Assembly: GCA_963737305.1 (NCBI GenBank)
Contig: CAVTRX010000002.1
Location: 558,187 to 590,186, forward strand
Origin: an uncultured Actinomycetota bacterium
GTDB taxonomy: Bacteria > Actinomycetota > Actinomycetes > Streptomycetales > Streptomycetaceae
Length of the DNA stretch: 32,000 nt
Reading direction: 5' to 3'
Below the pieces are notes generated by a model, which searched no databases, was not told the origin of the DNA, and worked only from the letters and a program-made list of their open reading frames with translations. How positions within the stretch are numbered: position 1 is the stretch's first letter; the number at the start of each line of letters is the position of its first letter. The translations under genes and the position numbers were made by a program. Shown one piece after another: positions 10,065 to 18,691 of the stretch.

Positions 10065-11029
10065 CGTCGTCGGCCACGGTCGTGGTGGAGGACCTGCACA
10101 AGAGCTACGGCGCGGTGGCGGCGGTGCGCGGGGTGAGCTTCACCGTCGAGCCCGGGGAGATCTTCGCCCTGCTCGGGCCGAACGGCGCCGGCAAGTCCAC
10201 CACCCTGGAGATACTCGAGGGGTTCCGCGCACGTGACGCGGGCCGGGTCGAAGTGCTCGGCATCGACCCCGGCGACCCCGCGGGGGGCCGGGAGTTGCGT
10301 GAGCGGATCGGGCTGGTGCTACAGGACATCGCGGTCGAGCGGTATCTGACGGTCCGCGAGACGATCGCCCGCGACGCGGGCTACTACCGGTCGCCGCGCG
10401 ATGTCGACGAGGTCATCGAACTGGTCGGCCTCACCGGGAAGGAGCGTCGGAAGGTCCGGACCCTCTCCGGCGGCCAGAAGCGGCGGCTGGACCTGGCGCT
10501 CGGGATGATCGGGAATCCGGATCTGCTCTTCCTCGACGAGCCGACCACCGGGTTCGACCCGAACGCCCGCCGCACCGCCTGGCAGTTGGTGCGCGGTCTG
10601 CGCGACGCGGGGACCACCATCGTGCTCACCACGCACTACATGGAGGAGGCCCAGGCGCTCGCCGACCGGGTGGCGGTGATATCCGGCGGCCGGATCGTCT
10701 CGGAGGGGACACCGTCGAACCTCGGCGGGCGCGACACCGCCGGGGCGCGGATCCGGTTCGCCCTGCCGGCCGGATACCTGGTCGGCGAACTGCCGGTGGC
10801 CGCCGCCACGTCGGAAGACGGCCTTGTCACCGTGGAGACCACGGAGCCGACCGGGACGCTGCACCAGCTGACCGGCTGGGCGCTGCGGCACGACACGGTG
10901 CTGGACCGGCTCACCGTCGACCGGCCGAGTCTTGAGGACGTCTACCTGCGCCTCACCGACCAGGACGCCCCACCGGTGACCGATGACAGCACACCCACTC
11001 ACGACAAGAAAGAAAGGAGCCCGCGGTGA
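10049..11029 (+). CDS. ABC transporter ATP-binding protein (DrrA-like, ABC-2 exporter type)
   Basis: Walker A GPNGAGKST, signature LSGGQKRRL, Walker B LLFLDEPT. The start overlaps the yceI stop by 16 nt, with GGAGGTG upstream. Confidence 0.9.
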   Translation: MRASVTSSATVVVEDLHKSYGAVAAVRGVSFTVEPGEIFALLGPNGAGKSTTLEILEGFRARDAGRVEVLGIDPGDPAGGRELRERIGLVLQDIAVERYLTVRETIARDAGYYRSPRDVDEVIELVGLTGKERRKVRTLSGGQKRRLDLALGMIGNPDLLFLDEPTTGFDPNARRTAWQLVRGLRDAGTTIVLTTHYMEEAQALADRVAVISGGRIVSEGTPSNLGGRDTAGARIRFALPAGYLVGELPVAAATSEDGLVTVETTEPTGTLHQLTGWALRHDTVLDRLTVDRPSLEDVYLRLTDQDAPPVTDDSTPTHDKKERSPR

Positions 11030-11814
11030 ACGGCACCGTCCGGCGGCCCCCGCGCCGCGACCTCGCCCTGGTGTGGCACCAGGTCCGCTACGAGCAACTG
11101 AGCTTCTGGCGCAATCCGCAGAGCGCGTTCTTCACCTTCGTCTTCCCGGTCGTGGTCATCGTGATCTTCGGCGTGATGTTCGGCGACGCGGGGAGCAGTT
11201 CCTACTTCTACGGGCACTCGGCCCTGCAGTACTACGTGGCGACGATCGCCGCGGTGTCGGTGCTGGGCGCCTGCTACAGCCAACTCGCCATCGTGCTCGC
11301 GACGCGGCGCCAGGACGGGATCCTCAAGCGGGCACGGGCGACGCCTCTGCCTTCCTGGGTGTACTTCCTCGGGCTGCTGGCGCACTGCGTCCTGGTGAGC
11401 GTCGTGGACGTGGTTCTCATTCTCGCTACGGGCCGGTTGTTCGGTGTGCCGCTCCCCGGTCCCGCTCGGTGGCCGGTGATCGCGTTGGTGCTCGTGCTCG
11501 GTGCGGCGGCGTTCTGCGCCCTGGGCGCAGCGGTGGCCTCGGTGATCCGCAATGCCGAGGCGGCACCGGCCGTCGTGCAGTTCATCCTGTTCCCGCTGGT
11601 CTTCCTGTCCGGCACCTACATGCCCATCCATTCGGGCGTGGTGAACGGCATATCCGGTGTGTTGCCGGTTCGGCCGTTCAACGAGGCCTTGCTGGGAGCC
11701 TTCGCGGAGCAGTCCGGGGTCGGCTGGCGAAGCCTGCTCATACTGGCCGTCTGGGGAGCCGCCGGGGCACTCGTCGCCATCCGCCGATTCCGCTGGGACC
11801 CCCGTCCGGAGTGA
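11026..11814 (+). CDS. ABC-2 type transporter permease
   Basis: Six hydrophobic segments, ABC-2 permease-like. The GTG start overlaps the ATPase stop (GTGA coupling). Confidence 0.82.
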   Translation: MNGTVRRPPRRDLALVWHQVRYEQLSFWRNPQSAFFTFVFPVVVIVIFGVMFGDAGSSSYFYGHSALQYYVATIAAVSVLGACYSQLAIVLATRRQDGILKRARATPLPSWVYFLGLLAHCVLVSVVDVVLILATGRLFGVPLPGPARWPVIALVLVLGAAAFCALGAAVASVIRNAEAAPAVVQFILFPLVFLSGTYMPIHSGVVNGISGVLPVRPFNEALLGAFAEQSGVGWRSLLILAVWGAAGALVAIRRFRWDPRPE

Positions 11815-11903
11815 CCGTAACGGCGACCGCCCGCCCCGGGAGGGTCGCGGGGTGTCGCCGATAGGCTTCGCAGGGCAATTGCCGCACCGCCGCCGGAGGA
11901 GCT

Positions 11904-12209
11904 GTGGAGATCGAGTCCGCCCAGAGGATCGCCTGGGAGAACAAGCTCTGCAAGGGGTTCAACACCACTGATGTCGCCCTGGAGTTCGGGCTGCTCACCG
12001 CGGAGGTCGGCGAGGCCTTCACCGCCTGGCGCAAGCAGCTGCCCGACCTCGGCGAGGAACTGGCCGATGTCTTCATCTACCTGGCGGCCCTCGCCGAGAT
12101 GAACGGGCTGGACCTGGGGCAGGAGGTCGCCCGGAAGATCGAGAAGAACGCCCGGCGCAGGTACGAGCGCGACGGGCAGGGAGTGCTCCACCGGGTCAGC
12201 GACGGCTGA
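11904..12209 (+). CDS. MazG-like nucleotide pyrophosphohydrolase family protein (small, all-alpha)
   Basis: 101 aa. The EVGEAFTAWRK...LGEELADVFIYLAALAEMNGLDL pattern (EXXE...D motifs) matches the MazG-like fold. GTG start with GGAGGAG upstream. Confidence 0.68.
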   Translation: MEIESAQRIAWENKLCKGFNTTDVALEFGLLTAEVGEAFTAWRKQLPDLGEELADVFIYLAALAEMNGLDLGQEVARKIEKNARRRYERDGQGVLHRVSDG

Positions 12210-12348
12210 GCCAGGTCTGGCCTCCGGTTCTGTCGGCGCCTGCCCGCCCGGCGTCGAGACGGTGGCCCCTGCCGGTCTCCCGGTCGGCCACGGACCACAC
12301 CTCCCCGTGGCTCACCAGGGCATACCGCTCGGCTAGCCTTGGCGGACG

Positions 12349-13503
12349 ATGAACCGTTTGACGACGCCGTGGCGCGATGTGGACCTCGCACGATTCCCGA
12401 AGGATCCCCGTGATCCCTTCCGGGCCTGGGACGCGGCGGACGAGTATCTGCTGCGACGACTGTCGGGGGCCGAGGGCGAACCGGCCGATCTGTCCGGCAG
12501 CCTGGTGATCCTCGGCGACCGCTGGGGCGCGTTGTCCACCGCCCTGGCCGCGCACGAGCCGACCCAGATCAGCGACTCCTACCTGTCGCGGCGCGCGACC
12601 GTCGGCAATCTGGAGCTCAACGGGGTCGAGCCGTCGGGCCTGCGGCTGCTGTCCACCCAGGACACCCCGCCGGAGCGGATCGACGTGCTGCTGGTGCGGG
12701 TGCCCAAGAGCCTGTCGCTGCTGGAGGACCAGTTGCACCGGCTCGCCCCGGGGGTTCACGCGGACACACTGGTGATCGGCACCGGGATGGCCAAGGAGAT
12801 CCACACCTCCACGCTGAGGCTGTTCGAGCAGATCATCGGCCCCACCCGCACGTCGCTGGCCTGGCGCAAGGCCCGGTTGGTCTTCTGCTCGCCCGACCCC
12901 CGCCTGCCACGGGCCGGCAATCCGTGGCCGCGCCGCTGGGAGCTGCCGGATGACGTCGGCGCGGCGTCCGGCCGCACGGTCACCAACCACGCGGGGGTCT
13001 TCTGCGCCGAGCGGCTCGACATCGGCACCCGGCTGTTCCTGCGCAACCTGCCGCGCCGCCACGGTCCCGAGCACGTGGTGGACCTGGGGTGCGGGAACGG
13101 CGTGGTGGGGCTGGCCGCCGCGCTGGCCAACCCCGAGGCACGGGTGACGTTCACCGACGAGTCGTACCAGGCGATCGCCTCGGCCGAAGCCACCTTCCGC
13201 GCCAACACCGGCGACCGCGCGGACGCCCGCTTCCTGACGGGCGACGGCCTGGCCGGGATCGCGCCGGGCACGGCGGACCTGGTGCTGAACAATCCGCCGT
13301 TCCACAGCCATCAGGCGACGACCGAGGCGACGGCCCGGCGGATGTTCGCCGACGCGCGCGAAGCGCTGCGCCCCGGCGGCGAGTTGTGGGTGATCGGCAA
13401 CCGGCACCTGGGATACCACGTCCGGTTGCGGCAGTTGTTCGGGAACTGCGAACTGGTCACCAGCGACCCGAAGTTCGTCATCCTGCGAGCCGTCAGGAAC
13501 TGA
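12349..13503 (+). CDS. rlmG: 23S rRNA (guanine-N2)-methyltransferase RlmG-like two-domain SAM methyltransferase
   Basis: Collinear with E. coli RlmG/YgjO as I recall it: RFP...FRAWDAADEYLL, KSLSLLEDQL, IHTSTLRLFE..IGPT.TSLAWRKARL, VVDLGCGNGVVGL, NPPFH, FGNCELV..DPKFVILRAV. Confidence 0.85.
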   Translation: MNRLTTPWRDVDLARFPKDPRDPFRAWDAADEYLLRRLSGAEGEPADLSGSLVILGDRWGALSTALAAHEPTQISDSYLSRRATVGNLELNGVEPSGLRLLSTQDTPPERIDVLLVRVPKSLSLLEDQLHRLAPGVHADTLVIGTGMAKEIHTSTLRLFEQIIGPTRTSLAWRKARLVFCSPDPRLPRAGNPWPRRWELPDDVGAASGRTVTNHAGVFCAERLDIGTRLFLRNLPRRHGPEHVVDLGCGNGVVGLAAALANPEARVTFTDESYQAIASAEATFRANTGDRADARFLTGDGLAGIAPGTADLVLNNPPFHSHQATTEATARRMFADAREALRPGGELWVIGNRHLGYHVRLRQLFGNCELVTSDPKFVILRAVRN

Positions 13504-14977
13504 CCGGCCCCGGCGCGAGGACGTGTCGCCAGCGCTCGGCGACGGACGCGAGATGGGCGGGGTCGCTCTCGGCCACCCGGGGAAAGACGTCCCGGCGCTC
13601 GAAGGGCCGGCAGGCGTCCACCACCGCCCGGCTGTTGTAGGGCGGAGCGCCCTCCGGCAGCATCGGGTCGAGCTTGCTGGCCCAGGAGCGCCGCAGGATC
13701 TCGATGTCGGTCTCGGGGTCGCTGCGGGTGGACATCGCCCACACCACCTGCCCGAGATCGCTGGGGTCGATGTCGTCGTCGACCACGACGACGTAGCGGT
13801 TCATGTACGCGGCGGCCGGGCACTGCGCGGTGAGGAAACCGACCTGCCGGGCGTGGCCCGCGTAGCGCTGGCGGACCGAGACCGCGATGAACAGGCGTCC
13901 GCCGCCCGATTCGTGCGCCCAGGCGGAGAGCACGTCGGGGACGCCCATGGAGACCAGCTCGTCATGGATCATCGCGGACTTCATCACGGTGCGCATGTAG
14001 GAGTAGTCGTGCGGCGGCTTGCTGGGCGGCGCGCCGAGCAGGATGGGGTCGTCGCGGTGGTAGAGCCGGGTGATCTCCAGGTCCAGGCACGGCCGGCGCC
14101 GGCCGGAGTAGTAGCCGGTCCATTCGCCGAACGGCCCCTCCTCACGCAGCCGGTCGGGGTACAGCCAGCCCTCGGCCGCGATCTCACTGCCTGCCGGGAT
14201 GGGCAGTCCGGTGTCCGGAGCGGTGATGACGGGCACCCGGGCGCCAAGCACCGCGCCGGCGTACTCGAGCTCGGAGAGCCCTTCTGGCACCTCGGTCCCG
14301 CCGAGGGCAAGCAGCAGCGGGTCGTGTCCGAAGGAGACGGTGACCGGCGCGCGGCCCTCGCGCGCGAACCAGGCTTCGATGTTGCGGGCTCCGTGCTTGC
14401 CGGGGAGGGCGGCGATGGTGGCGCTACGGCCTTCGTCCTGCACCTCCATGCGGTAGCAACCGCCGTTGTGCACCCCGGTGTCGGGGTTGCTGGTGACGAC
14501 GAAGCAGCCGGTGCCGATGAAACGGCCGCCGTCGTGCTCGTGCCAGCGCGGCACCGGGAAGTCCAGCAGGTTGACCCGGTCGCCGGGAATCTCGTGGGCC
14601 AGCAGCGGGGCGTCGTCCACCACCAGGACCGGGTGGTCGGCGGCCGCGGCGGCCCAGGCGGAGGGCTTGCCGCGCAGGGCGGCGACCAGTCCGGCGTCGT
14701 CGAGGTCGTCGCCCAGCCGCAGGGCGCGGCCCAGCCGCCGGGCGGAGCCGGTGGTGCCGGTGACGACGCGCAGCCCCGAGCGGTATCCGGTGATGTCGTC
14801 GAAGAGCAGCGCGGGCGGCTCGGGCTGCCCGTAGCTCAGTTCGGCGACGGCGCCCAGTTCCAGGTCCCAGTGCGCGCCGCGGGCGTGGCGCAGTTCGCCG
14901 TAGCTTTCGACGTCGGCGAGGAAGGTGCGCAGGCTGAGCAGCGGCTCACCGTCGTCGGCCGGGGGTGTGGTGGTCAT
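13493..14977 (-). CDS. UbiD family (prFMN-dependent) aromatic acid decarboxylase/carboxylase
   Basis: 494 aa with UbiD hallmarks: LRTFLADVESYGEL, NGGCYRM, GKHGARN, SELEYAG, EGPFGEWTGYYSG. RBS GAGGAGA. The 3' end overlaps the rlmG 3' end by 11 nt (convergent). Confidence 0.9.
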   Translation of the reverse strand: MTTTPPADDGEPLLSLRTFLADVESYGELRHARGAHWDLELGAVAELSYGQPEPPALLFDDITGYRSGLRVVTGTTGSARRLGRALRLGDDLDDAGLVAALRGKPSAWAAAAADHPVLVVDDAPLLAHEIPGDRVNLLDFPVPRWHEHDGGRFIGTGCFVVTSNPDTGVHNGGCYRMEVQDEGRSATIAALPGKHGARNIEAWFAREGRAPVTVSFGHDPLLLALGGTEVPEGLSELEYAGAVLGARVPVITAPDTGLPIPAGSEIAAEGWLYPDRLREEGPFGEWTGYYSGRRRPCLDLEITRLYHRDDPILLGAPPSKPPHDYSYMRTVMKSAMIHDELVSMGVPDVLSAWAHESGGGRLFIAVSVRQRYAGHARQVGFLTAQCPAAAYMNRYVVVVDDDIDPSDLGQVVWAMSTRSDPETDIEILRRSWASKLDPMLPEGAPPYNSRAVVDACRPFERRDVFPRVAESDPAHLASVAERWRHVLAPGPVSS

Positions 14978-15010
14978 GATGTCCTGGTCTCCTCGCTCGG
15001 GCGGCCGCGG

Positions 15011-15502
15011 TCAGGGGTTGTCGTGTCCGGCGGCTTCGACGGCCGACCGCCTGGCCCGGACCGCCGACTCGATGGCCGCGCCGATCTCCTGGTAGGTGCC
15101 GCAGCGGCAGATGTTGCCCTCCAGGTGGGCGGCGATCTGCTCTTTGTCCGGGTCGGCGTTCTCGGCGAGCAGTTCGTGGGCCATGAGCACGAACCCGGGG
15201 ATGCAGTAGCCGCACTGCATGGCTCCGGCGGCCACGAAGGACTCCACGATGTCGTCGTCCGGCGGCAGGCCGTCGGCGGTGGTGATCTCCGCCCGGTCGT
15301 AGCGGGCCGCCCTGGCCAGGCAACTGCTGACGCTGCTGCCGTCCGCCAGGACGGTGCACGCGCCGCAGGCGCCGACACCGCAGCCCTCGCGGACGCTGGT
15401 GCAGTCGGCCTGTCCGCGCAGCACGTCGAGCAGCAGGTCGTCGTCCTCCACCACGACGGGCCTGCGGATGCCGTTGACGACCAGTTCGATCTTCCGCGTC
15501 AT
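15011..15502 (-). CDS. (2Fe-2S)-binding small subunit of an XDH/CoxS-family molybdenum hydroxylase
   Basis: 163 aa, starting MTRKIELVVNG. Cys motifs CGVGACGAC, QCGYCIPG and NICRCGTY. ATGA overlap with the large-subunit stop. The upstream 848-aa ORF extension is out of frame with the real large subunit and is rejected. Confidence 0.9.
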   Translation of the reverse strand: MTRKIELVVNGIRRPVVVEDDDLLLDVLRGQADCTSVREGCGVGACGACTVLADGSSVSSCLARAARYDRAEITTADGLPPDDDIVESFVAAGAMQCGYCIPGFVLMAHELLAENADPDKEQIAAHLEGNICRCGTYQEIGAAIESAVRARRSAVEAAGHDNP

Positions 15503-17847
15503 GAGGTCCGGCCCTTCTCGCGCTCCTCGGTGATGGCGGTCAGCACGCGTTCCGGGGTCAGCGGCAGCCGGGTGAAGCGGATGCCGATGGCGTCCCGTAC
15601 GGCGTTGGAGATCGCCGGTGCCAACGGGATGATGGTGGTCTCCCCCACGCCCTTGGCGCCGAACGGCCCGGTGCGGTGCGGGCTCTCGATGATGATCGGG
15701 GTGAGCTTGTCGGGCATGTCGAGGATCGACGGGAGCTGGTAGTCCAGCAGGGTCCCGTTGATGATCTGTCCCTCGTCGAAGACCATCTGGTCGAAGAGGG
15801 CATGGCCGATGCCCATGATCGCGGCGCCGCTGAGCTGCTGTTCGACCATGGTGGGGTTGATGGCCCGGCCGACGTCGCCGGCGATGGCCAGGTGCTCGAT
15901 GTGCACCCTGCCGGTCAGGGTGTCGACGGTGAGCTGGACGGCCGCCGCACCGGCGAACCAGTGCTCGGTGACCTGCGGAGACTGGCCGGTGGCGGAGTCG
16001 TAGGGCACCCACGAGGTGGTGAACGACGATTCGGTGGTCATCGTCGTGCCACGGGCCCCGAAGTGGTCGTGCAGCAGTTGCCCGATGGCGATGGTCTGCT
16101 GGGTCGAGGCGCTGACCAGTCCTTCGTCGGTCAGCTTGATGTCGGTGGCCGGGACGTCGAACCGCTCGGCGGCCAGCCCCGCCAGCCGGTCGCGCATCGA
16201 CTCGGCGGCCAGCCGGACGGCGTTGCCGGTGTGGTAGGTGGAACGGCTGCCCGCGGTGATCGTGTCGTACGGGGTCACGTCGGTGTCGGCGGTGACCACC
16301 CGGACCCGGCCCTCGCCCAGGTGCAGCACCTCGGCGGCGATCTGGGCCATGATCGTGTCGCTGCCCTGGCCCATGTCGACGGTGCTGATCAGCAGGGTCG
16401 CGGAGGCGTCCTGGTTGAGTTGCAGGGTGGCGTTGGAGACCGTCGGGGTCAGGACCGCCTTGATCCCGACCGCGACGCCACGGCCCCGGCGGAACCTGCC
16501 GTCCTCGCGGGTCAGCGGCGAGTCCCAGCCGACGGCCTCCGTCACCGCGTCCAGGCAGCCGACGAAGTCGGCGCTGTGCATGACGGTGCCCATCGGGGCG
16601 GTGTCGCCCTCCCGCAGCAGATGGCGGCGCCGGAAGGCGGCCGGGTCCTCGCCACGGTTCCTGGCCAGCTCGTCGACGAGCGATTCGTGCGCCCAGGTCA
16701 CCTGCGGCACGCCGAACCCGCGGAACGGTCCCGCCGACGGCTTGTTGGTGTAGACGCAGCGGGACCGCACCCACGCGTTGCCGAGCCGGTACGGGCCGTT
16801 GGCGACCATGCCGGACTTGGCGGTGATGCGCGGGCCCACGTCGGCGTAGGCGCCGGTGTCGTAGCGCACGTCGGCGGTGGCGGCGACCAGGTCGCCGTTG
16901 CCGTCCGCTGACATGCTCCCGGTCACCGCGACGCCGTGCCGGGTGGTGAGCAGGAACGCCTCCTCCCGGGTGACCGCGATCCGCACCGCGGTCCGCTGGG
17001 TCCAGGCGAGGGCGGCGGCCAGCGGTTCCAGCCGGTCGTACATCTTCGCGCCGAAGCTTCCGCCCAGCGGCGCGCACCGCACCCGGATCCGGTTGAGCGG
17101 GAGCGCCAGCAGGTCGGCGAGCGACTGCCGTACGTAGGAGGGGGTCTGGGTGGTGGAGAGCAGTTCCAGGCGGTCGTCCTCGCACCAGGCGGCGGTGTAC
17201 GGCAGCTCGATCGGCACATGGTGGGTGGGCGGGCACCAGAACTCGCCCCGCACCGTGTCGGTGCCGGCTTCCTGCTGGGCCGCGTCGGTGTCGCCGCGGC
17301 GCAGGTTGAACTCGTAGTTGACGTTGGTCCGCCGCTTCCCGCTCAGGTGCCGCAGGTCGCCGAAGACCGCCGCCGGACGCAGTTCCTCGTGGACGAAGGC
17401 GGCGCCCTCCACCGCCACGTCGACGTCGTGCACCGGTTCCAGGTCCTCGTACTCGACCTCGATCTCCTCGGCCGCGGCACGGGCGGCGGCCAGGCTGTGG
17501 GCGATGACGGCGGCGACCGGTTCCCCGACGTAGCGCACCCGGTCGACGGCCAGACACGGCTGGTCGGCGAAGGCCGGGCCGGTCATCAGCCGGTCGCCGA
17601 GCAGGTCGTGCAGCCGCCGTCCGGTGACCACGGCGGTCACGCCCTCGGCGGACTCGGCCCGGCTGACGTCGATCGAGCGGATCATGGCGTGCGGCCGGGT
17701 GCTGCGGTGGATGGCGACGTCAAGGCAGGGGCGTACCGGCTGGTCGGCGGCGTAGCGCAGTTCGCCGCGCACCTTGGCGCGTCCGGCGACCCGAGGCCAC
17801 CGTTCACCGACGGCGCCGCCAGCCACGGAGGATGCTCCGCTGGTCAT
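15499..17847 (-). CDS. Molybdopterin-binding large subunit, xanthine dehydrogenase/aldehyde oxidase family
   Basis: 782 aa. It carries GPFRGFGVPQ and a C-terminal GAKGVGETT (catalytic Glu region). I see no CODH active-site loop (AYRCSFR/AYRGAGR). Confidence 0.9.
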   Translation of the reverse strand: MTSGASSVAGGAVGERWPRVAGRAKVRGELRYAADQPVRPCLDVAIHRSTRPHAMIRSIDVSRAESAEGVTAVVTGRRLHDLLGDRLMTGPAFADQPCLAVDRVRYVGEPVAAVIAHSLAAARAAAEEIEVEYEDLEPVHDVDVAVEGAAFVHEELRPAAVFGDLRHLSGKRRTNVNYEFNLRRGDTDAAQQEAGTDTVRGEFWCPPTHHVPIELPYTAAWCEDDRLELLSTTQTPSYVRQSLADLLALPLNRIRVRCAPLGGSFGAKMYDRLEPLAAALAWTQRTAVRIAVTREEAFLLTTRHGVAVTGSMSADGNGDLVAATADVRYDTGAYADVGPRITAKSGMVANGPYRLGNAWVRSRCVYTNKPSAGPFRGFGVPQVTWAHESLVDELARNRGEDPAAFRRRHLLREGDTAPMGTVMHSADFVGCLDAVTEAVGWDSPLTREDGRFRRGRGVAVGIKAVLTPTVSNATLQLNQDASATLLISTVDMGQGSDTIMAQIAAEVLHLGEGRVRVVTADTDVTPYDTITAGSRSTYHTGNAVRLAAESMRDRLAGLAAERFDVPATDIKLTDEGLVSASTQQTIAIGQLLHDHFGARGTTMTTESSFTTSWVPYDSATGQSPQVTEHWFAGAAAVQLTVDTLTGRVHIEHLAIAGDVGRAINPTMVEQQLSGAAIMGIGHALFDQMVFDEGQIINGTLLDYQLPSILDMPDKLTPIIIESPHRTGPFGAKGVGETTIIPLAPAISNAVRDAIGIRFTRLPLTPERVLTAITEEREKGRTS

Positions 17848-18691
17848 CGTGCTGCTCCTTCCAGGACAGTCGCAGTGCTTCCTCGACGGCGACGAGCCCG
17901 AGCTGTTTCTTGTAGGCCGCGCCGCCCCTGATGTCGGGGATCGGGTCGATGAGGGGTTCGGCGGCCTGACGGGCGGCGTCGGCCGCTTCGTCGGCCCCGG
18001 TGCCGGACGGCAGGTCGAACTCGGTGAACAGCGGCACGTGCGCGAGCGCGCCGAGCCCGAGCCTGACCTGCCGGGCTCCCTTGGGCCGCTCGACGACCAG
18101 CGCGCAAGCCGAGGCGCACGGCCAGTCGTTGGCCGCCTGGCTGCTGAGCTTGCTGAATCCGGCGCCGGCCGTCTCCGGCTGGCGCGGGATCTCGATGGCG
18201 GTGACGATCTCGCCGGGGCGCAGCGCGGTGGTCTGGAAGTCGACGAAGAACTCCCGGGCCGGCACCCGGCGGACGCCGTCCGCGGAGCCGATCTCCACCT
18301 GGGCGTCCAGCGTGAGCAGGGCGGTGGGCGGGTCGAGCCGGTAGTCGCCGTGGGCGATGTTGCCGCCGGCGCTGGCGGTGTTGCGGACCCGCGGGTTGGC
18401 CACGTGCCCGTAGACCTCGGCGGCGATCGGCGCGATGCGACGCACCAGCGGATCGCGTTCCATCCGGCGCAGCGTCACCATGGCACCGACGCGGATCCCG
18501 GTGCCGGTCTCGGTCAGGTCCGCGAGACCGGGCACCTTGGCGATGTCGACGAGGTCGGTCGCGAACAGCACGCCCTGCTTGATGAGGATCTGTACGGCGG
18601 TGCCCCCGCCGTAGACCATCGGCTCCTCGCGGGAGGCGAGCAGTTCGTAGACCTCGTCGAGCGTGTCGGGGCAGTGGTAGGTGGGGGTCAT
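17804..18691 (-). CDS. FAD-binding medium subunit (CoxM/XdhB-like) of the molybdenum hydroxylase
   Basis: 295 aa. MVYGGGTAVQILIKQG, NTASAGGNIAHGD and GGAAYKKQL are typical of FAD_binding_5/CO_deh_flav_C. The ATG shares 1 nt with the upstream stop, and the 3' end overlaps the large-subunit start by 44 nt. Confidence 0.85.
   Translation of the reverse strand: MTPTYHCPDTLDEVYELLASREEPMVYGGGTAVQILIKQGVLFATDLVDIAKVPGLADLTETGTGIRVGAMVTLRRMERDPLVRRIAPIAAEVYGHVANPRVRNTASAGGNIAHGDYRLDPPTALLTLDAQVEIGSADGVRRVPAREFFVDFQTTALRPGEIVTAIEIPRQPETAGAGFSKLSSQAANDWPCASACALVVERPKGARQVRLGLGALAHVPLFTEFDLPSGTGADEAADAARQAAEPLIDPIPDIRGGAAYKKQLGLVAVEEALRLSWKEQHDDQRSILRGWRRRR

Noticed and set aside
13523-15742. A 739-aa plus-strand ORF, along with similar long ORFs such as 12196-13419(-), 5887-6882(-), 15676-16911(+), 16936-17931(+), 17774-19165(+), 22668-24383(+) and 27700-29523(-).
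   Set aside because: These run antisense to, or out of frame with, genes that have clear family signatures. Their translations are Arg/Gly/Ala/Pro-rich low-complexity sequence. They are the classic shadow ORFs of high-GC DNA.
15503-17557. An apparent 848-aa ORF that would extend the 2Fe-2S subunit far upstream.
   Set aside because: The extension is out of frame over the genuine Moco large subunit and has no protein-like sequence. The real start is MTRKIEL at 15502, in an ATGA overlap with the large-subunit stop.
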